Shown here in pieces: positions 58,194 through 61,470 of a DNA stretch of 61,470 nt. Under the pieces are notes generated by a model, which made no database searches, was not told the origin of the DNA, and saw only the letters and a program-made list of their open reading frames with translations. Position numbers and translations under genes: made by a program. Numbering within the stretch: position 1 is the stretch's first letter; the number at the start of each line of letters is the position of its first letter. Source of the DNA: Thermoanaerobaculia bacterium (GTDB lineage Bacteria; Acidobacteriota; Thermoanaerobaculia; Gp7-AA8). The stretch is taken from contig JBKJVD010000090.1 in NCBI GenBank assembly GCA_046590585.1, forward strand, positions 1 to 61,470, written 5' to 3'.

Positions 58194-59237
58194 TCACCGG
58201 CTCTCGGCGCCAAGGTCGTTGATCAGGTCCTGGACTTCGACGCGCTCGCTCTGGCTCGGGGAGAGCTGCATGGCGCGTTCGAACAGCTGATCGGCTTTTG
58301 CGCGCTCGCCCTTCGATGCGAAGGCGAGGCCGAGCGCTCCATAGGCGCGCCATGAGGTCGGGTGGTCCGCCGCATAACGAGTCAGTGAAGCGATCGCTTC
58401 GTCGTATTTCTTCGCACCGATCAGTTCATAGGCGGTCGACATGAACGCCGTCTCCGGCGACAGCGCGGCGGCGCGGTCGCGCAGTTCTTTCGCAGCAGCG
58501 GCGTCGCCTTTCTTTTCGAGGATCCTCGCCTTCGTGCGGAGGTTGGATCCGTCGGCGCCGATTGCGATCGACTGGTTGATGAATCCGAGGGCGCGTTCAG
58601 TCTCGTTGACGCGAAGCGCGTAGCCGGCGGCTTCGCGCCATGCCTGCGGAACCCAGTGCATGGCGCTGCGGAGCTGCTGGTCCATGCCGTCGAGCGTCAG
58701 CTTCGTCGTTTCTGCGGTGAGACGCACCGGCACTCGCAGCTTGTCCCAGCGCAGGGACAGAGTGACGGAGTCGGCCTTGCCGTCATCGAACGTGAAGAGC
58801 AGACGCTCCTGCATCGGAGCATCCTGCGGCGTGACCTTCACGCGAATCACATCCTCGGCGGCGTCATAGCTGTAGGTTCCCCAGCCACCGGTGAAGCGAT
58901 TGAAGATCACGGTCCACTGCGGCTGTCCGGGAATGAAAAAGAGGCTATAGGTTCCGGCAGGCAGCGCCTTCTGCTCGATCATCACCGGCGTTGAGAAGGT
59001 GACGGTCGTGTTCTCGTTCGCGCCGGCACGCCACACCACGTTGTAAGGAACGAGCCCGCCAAAGATGTGGCGGCCGTTGACGCCCGGCCGGTGATAGGAA
59101 ACTTCGACGTCCGTCACTCCGAATGTCTCCGCGCTCACGGCCCGGGGACTGAGTTGCGGAGCGCGCATCAGCGGTTGCGCGTCGATGACATCGAGAGAGA
59201 CGAACAGCAACACCAGTGAAAGGATACGAAGTTTCAC
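58194..59237 (-). CDS. DUF2911 domain protein with C-terminal TPR repeats, secreted
   Basis: ORF 58194..59414(-), trimmed to the GTG at 59237 after AGGAG (VKLRILSLVLLFVSLDVIDAQ, a signal peptide). SYHRPGVNGRHIFGGLVPYNVVWRAGANENT and LPAGTYSLFFIP match DUF2911. The C-terminal part is TPR-like helices. Confidence 0.8.
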   Translation of the reverse strand: MKLRILSLVLLFVSLDVIDAQPLMRAPQLSPRAVSAETFGVTDVEVSYHRPGVNGRHIFGGLVPYNVVWRAGANENTTVTFSTPVMIEQKALPAGTYSLFFIPGQPQWTVIFNRFTGGWGTYSYDAAEDVIRVKVTPQDAPMQERLLFTFDDGKADSVTLSLRWDKLRVPVRLTAETTKLTLDGMDQQLRSAMHWVPQAWREAAGYALRVNETERALGFINQSIAIGADGSNLRTKARILEKKGDAAAAKELRDRAAALSPETAFMSTAYELIGAKKYDEAIASLTRYAADHPTSWRAYGALGLAFASKGERAKADQLFERAMQLSPSQSERVEVQDLINDLGAESR

Positions 59238-59510
59238 AATCAACTCCTGCTCTCGGATTCTTCGAGAATCGTAAGTGAGGCAGGCTCTGGTACCGGTGAA
59301 CAAATTGCCAAATGAGAGATCGCTGCCTCGCGCTAAGGGCACAGTCCGACTCGGCTCGAACTGTGCCCTTACGCGGACGGATCGTCTGAACGGTGAGACG
59401 CTCTTGTAGCTCATGCATGACCAGACATCGGCTAACCGTCATGTTTCTAGTGAGTTGCAAAAGGCCTAACATGGCAGAGCCATCGCAGTGATCTCGTGCC
59501 GGAGGACACG

Positions 59511-60107
59511 ATGAACATCACACAAATCAGCTCGGCTCTCGCGCTCACGCTTCTCATAGGGTCGACCAATCCGGCCTTCGCTCACTCGGACAAGGGGCAC
59601 AGGAAGTCCGACGATTCTTCACGCACCATGCAGAGCGATGACCGTCGCTCGTTCGACGACGAGTTCTCACGCTACGACCGCGATGGCGACGGCAGGGTCA
59701 CTAGAAGTGAGTTCCCCGGTGACACGAATCAGTTCAACCAGTTCGACCTGAATCGGGACGGCTCCATCAGCGCCGGTGAAGCGCAGCGCATTCTCGGCGA
59801 TCCAGGCGCCATCGAATCCCAGGTCCGTCAACTCGACCGGAACGGCGACGGCGTGATCGCGCGGAATGAATTTCCTGGAGATGCCAACGCCTTCGATCGC
59901 CTCGACAGGAATCGCGATGGTGTCCTGTCGGAATCTGACCGGAACGAACATGGCAAAAAGCAGAAGATGAACAAGCGCTTCAATGGTCTCGACCGCAACA
60001 ACGACGGCCGCATCACGCGCAGCGAATGGCAGGGCAACGATCGTTCATTCCGCAATCACGACCTCAATGGCGACGGCGTGATTTCAGGACGCGAACTCAC
60101 CAGGTAA
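59511..60107 (+). CDS. Secreted EF-hand repeat calcium-binding protein (6 DxDxDG loops)
   Basis: ORF 59496..60107, trimmed to the ATG at 59511 after GGAGG. Signal peptide ...LLIGSTNPAFA. Loops DRDGDGRVTRSEF, DLNRDGSISAGEA, DRNGDGVIARNEF, DRNRDGVLSESD, DRNNDGRITRSEW and DLNGDGVISGREL. Confidence 0.85.
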   Translation: MNITQISSALALTLLIGSTNPAFAHSDKGHRKSDDSSRTMQSDDRRSFDDEFSRYDRDGDGRVTRSEFPGDTNQFNQFDLNRDGSISAGEAQRILGDPGAIESQVRQLDRNGDGVIARNEFPGDANAFDRLDRNRDGVLSESDRNEHGKKQKMNKRFNGLDRNNDGRITRSEWQGNDRSFRNHDLNGDGVISGRELTR

Positions 60108-60111
60108 ATCG

Positions 60112-60158
60112 ATGGCGGCGGCAGGCGTTTTTTCAGCCGCCGCCGCCATTTTCTTTTC
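60112..60158 (+). terminator. Intrinsic terminator after the EF-hand gene
   Basis: ATGGCGGCGGC-loop-GCCGCCGCCAT followed by TTTCTTTTC, starting 5 nt after the TAA. Confidence 0.75.
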
Positions 60159-60335
60159 TGGTTCCCAGCTTTCACTTCCATCACCCTCACAGTGATTCCA
60201 TCGACGATCTGTCCCGGAGCCTTGCGCGTTGATCATTCAGGCGTAAGTTCAGGCTTGGGGGACGAGAGCAGTCATCCGCCAGGCGCGATCGAGCGCTTGC
60301 TGCTAAGTCGGTGAACTGAACCGAAGGAAGACATC

Positions 60336-60572
60336 ATGGCCAGAGGATGGGAGAGCAAGTCAGTCGAGGCGCAGCAGGAGGAGAGGGCTCCACGATCGAC
60401 CAGGGACGACATCTCCCCCGAAGAACTGGAACGGGTCCGCAGGCGCGAAGGGCTGGAACTCTCGCGCAGGCGAGTGGAACGTGAGCTGGCAGAAACCCGG
60501 TCCGACCTTCGCAAGACCTCACTCGAGCACGCCCTGCGGCATTTGCAGGAAGAACTCAACCGACTGGTGTGA
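60336..60572 (+). CDS. Small highly charged helical protein (conserved hypothetical, MARGWESKSVE... type)
   Basis: ORF 60336..60572 (78 aa), Arg/Glu-rich with coiled-coil character. I believe the N-terminus MA(R/K)GWESKSVE recurs in small hypothetical proteins of other bacteria, but that is unverified recall. Confidence 0.6.
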   Translation: MARGWESKSVEAQQEERAPRSTRDDISPEELERVRRREGLELSRRRVERELAETRSDLRKTSLEHALRHLQEELNRLV

Positions 60573-60656
60573 TCTCGGCCTTCGACTGTGTGCCGAACCC
60601 ATAAGGAAGTTCGAACCCTTTAATGCAGAACGCAGAAGTCAGTTCCCCCGATTCGC

Positions 60657-60820
60657 TTTGGACTGCGGCCACTTTAGTGGCCGCTTTTGTGGCAAGGTGA
60701 GAGGTCCGTGCTACGAAGCGGGTATGCGCAGGTCCACCGCTGCCGATTGGTCGCGTGCGACGTTAGCGTGACCTGTCCGTCCCGTCACAAAAGCGGCCAC
60801 TGAAGTGGCCGCAGTCCAAA
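60657..60820. repeat. MITE-like element, copy 2
   Basis: TTTGGACTGCGGCCACTTTAGTGGCCGCTTTTGTGGCAAGGTGAGAGGTCCGTGC ... GACCTGTCCGTCCCGTCACAAAAGCGGCCACTGAAGTGGCCGCAGTCCAAA. The ends and sub-terminal regions match 16344-16500; the centre diverges. Confidence 0.85.
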
Positions 60821-60852
60821 GGTCTCCCGCGCCATCTTGGCCTACCCCGTCT

Positions 60853-60888
60853 GAGGAACCCGAGGAACTCCGAGGAACCCGAGGAACT
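60853..60888. repeat. GAGGAAC-family short tandem repeat (4 units)
   Basis: GAGGAACCCGAGGAACTCCGAGGAACCCGAGGAACT, running into the stop codon of the minus-strand cbiX-like gene. Confidence 0.8.
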
Positions 60889-61250
60889 CAGATAATGCTC
60901 GCCGCGGCACGATCGCGCAGGATATCTGCGAGTTGTGGCGCACGGCCGAGGTAATTGGCCATCGTGATCGCGATCCCGTGACGTGCGGCACCGGCCACTA
61001 GCAGCGTCGGCACATCGATCAGGAAGTGCTTTCCGCTGTGGAGAAAGTACGGCACCGCCACGATCGACGTGGCTCCTGCTCTGACACACGCGTCAATCGC
61101 CGCAGGAATGTCGGGCTGATTGCAGTCGAGATATCCCAGCATGACGACGGGGTAGTCGCCGCGTGCGCGAACCAGGTCCGTCACGGCCACAACGTCGGCG
61201 TTTGCTTCCGGGCGGGGAGTCCCGTGCGCGATCACCAGCAACGCTTTCAC
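60888..61250 (-). CDS. cbiX: CbiX/SirB-type sirohydrochlorin chelatase (short form)
   Basis: ORF 60888..61301(-), trimmed to the GTG at 61250 (VKALLVIAHGTPRPEAN). VPYFLHSGKHF matches CbiX. Confidence 0.75.
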   Translation of the reverse strand: MKALLVIAHGTPRPEANADVVAVTDLVRARGDYPVVMLGYLDCNQPDIPAAIDACVRAGATSIVAVPYFLHSGKHFLIDVPTLLVAGAARHGIAITMANYLGRAPQLADILRDRAAASII

Positions 61251-61470
61251 GCGCGAGCCTCGGCGCCGGTACGACAGCGTGTGCTTCCGTACAGCGGACA
61301 CTTCGGGTTCTCACGACACCACGCCTCGTTCGACACCATGGCACCGAGCCAGTGATCGGGATGCTGCGCCCCCGCTGCCGAATCGAGAATCGCACTCGCA
61401 AGGTCGGGATGAAATCCGATGACCTCTGCGGTGACGAACTCGATCGCCGGATTGCCTCTCCTCGCCTCCC
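61247..61470 (-). CDS. CbiX-like domain protein, 3' part only (gene enters from the right edge), Cys-rich C-terminus
   Basis: Not in the ORF track. My own minus-strand translation gives ...EARRGNPAIEFVTAEVIGFHPDLASAILDSAAGAQHPDHWLGAMVSNEAWCRENPKCPLYGSTRCRTGAEARA*. Its TGA overlaps the GTG of the next gene (GTGA). Confidence 0.55.
   Translation of the reverse strand, partial: EARRGNPAIEFVTAEVIGFHPDLASAILDSAAGAQHPDHWLGAMVSNEAWCRENPKCPLYGSTRCRTGAEARA

Noticed and set aside
60596-60625. A tRNA-like T-arm string (GGAAGTTCGAACCCTT) that might mark a tRNA gene or an integration att site.
   Set aside because: The flanks do not form a 5-bp T-stem, and there is no acceptor or anticodon arm. I also found no convincing tRNA cloverleaf by eye elsewhere in the window.

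Overview
High-GC bacterial chromosomal segment: third codon positions are overwhelmingly G/C by eye, and long antisense shadow ORFs are common. Gene content and repeat style suggest a soil Acidobacteriota- or Gemmatimonadota-like genome, but that taxon call is only a guess. I support about 47 protein-coding genes and found no rRNA, tRNA, CRISPR array or intact transposase. All domain names rest on motif recall from reading the translations; no database search was run.

Main themes:
- Signal transduction is unusually dense. There are six PAS/GAF sensor kinases, four of them hybrids with receiver domains. There is also a NarL-type regulator, an ECF sigma factor with two RsrA-like zinc anti-sigma paralogues, a PAS-DUF4388-Ada-zinc protein and a DUF4301-REC-PP2C fusion.
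- Sulfur and methionine metabolism: sat/cysC fusion and a metY-metX-hom operon. The metY leader carries a Cys/Met-rich micro-ORF and an intrinsic terminator.
- DNA metabolism: two tandem Ku paralogues preceded by a small 4xCxxC ORF, and a Pif1-type helicase fused to an EEP nuclease domain.
- Envelope and secreted proteins: DUF3494 ice-binding-like protein with an IPTL-CTERM tail, a large FN3 protein, an L,D-transpeptidase, NlpC/P60, DUF4105, DUF2911-TPR, an EF-hand repeat protein and an ExeA/GspB-like pair.
- An ABC ATPase next to a permease fused to an M1 peptidase.
- Intergenic DNA carries at least six families of hairpin or MITE-like repeats. One family flanks a frameshifted REP-associated tyrosine transposase (RAYT).

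The best candidate for an undescribed system is the two-gene cassette at 37598-42641: DUF4301-REC-PP2C followed by Pif1-EEP.
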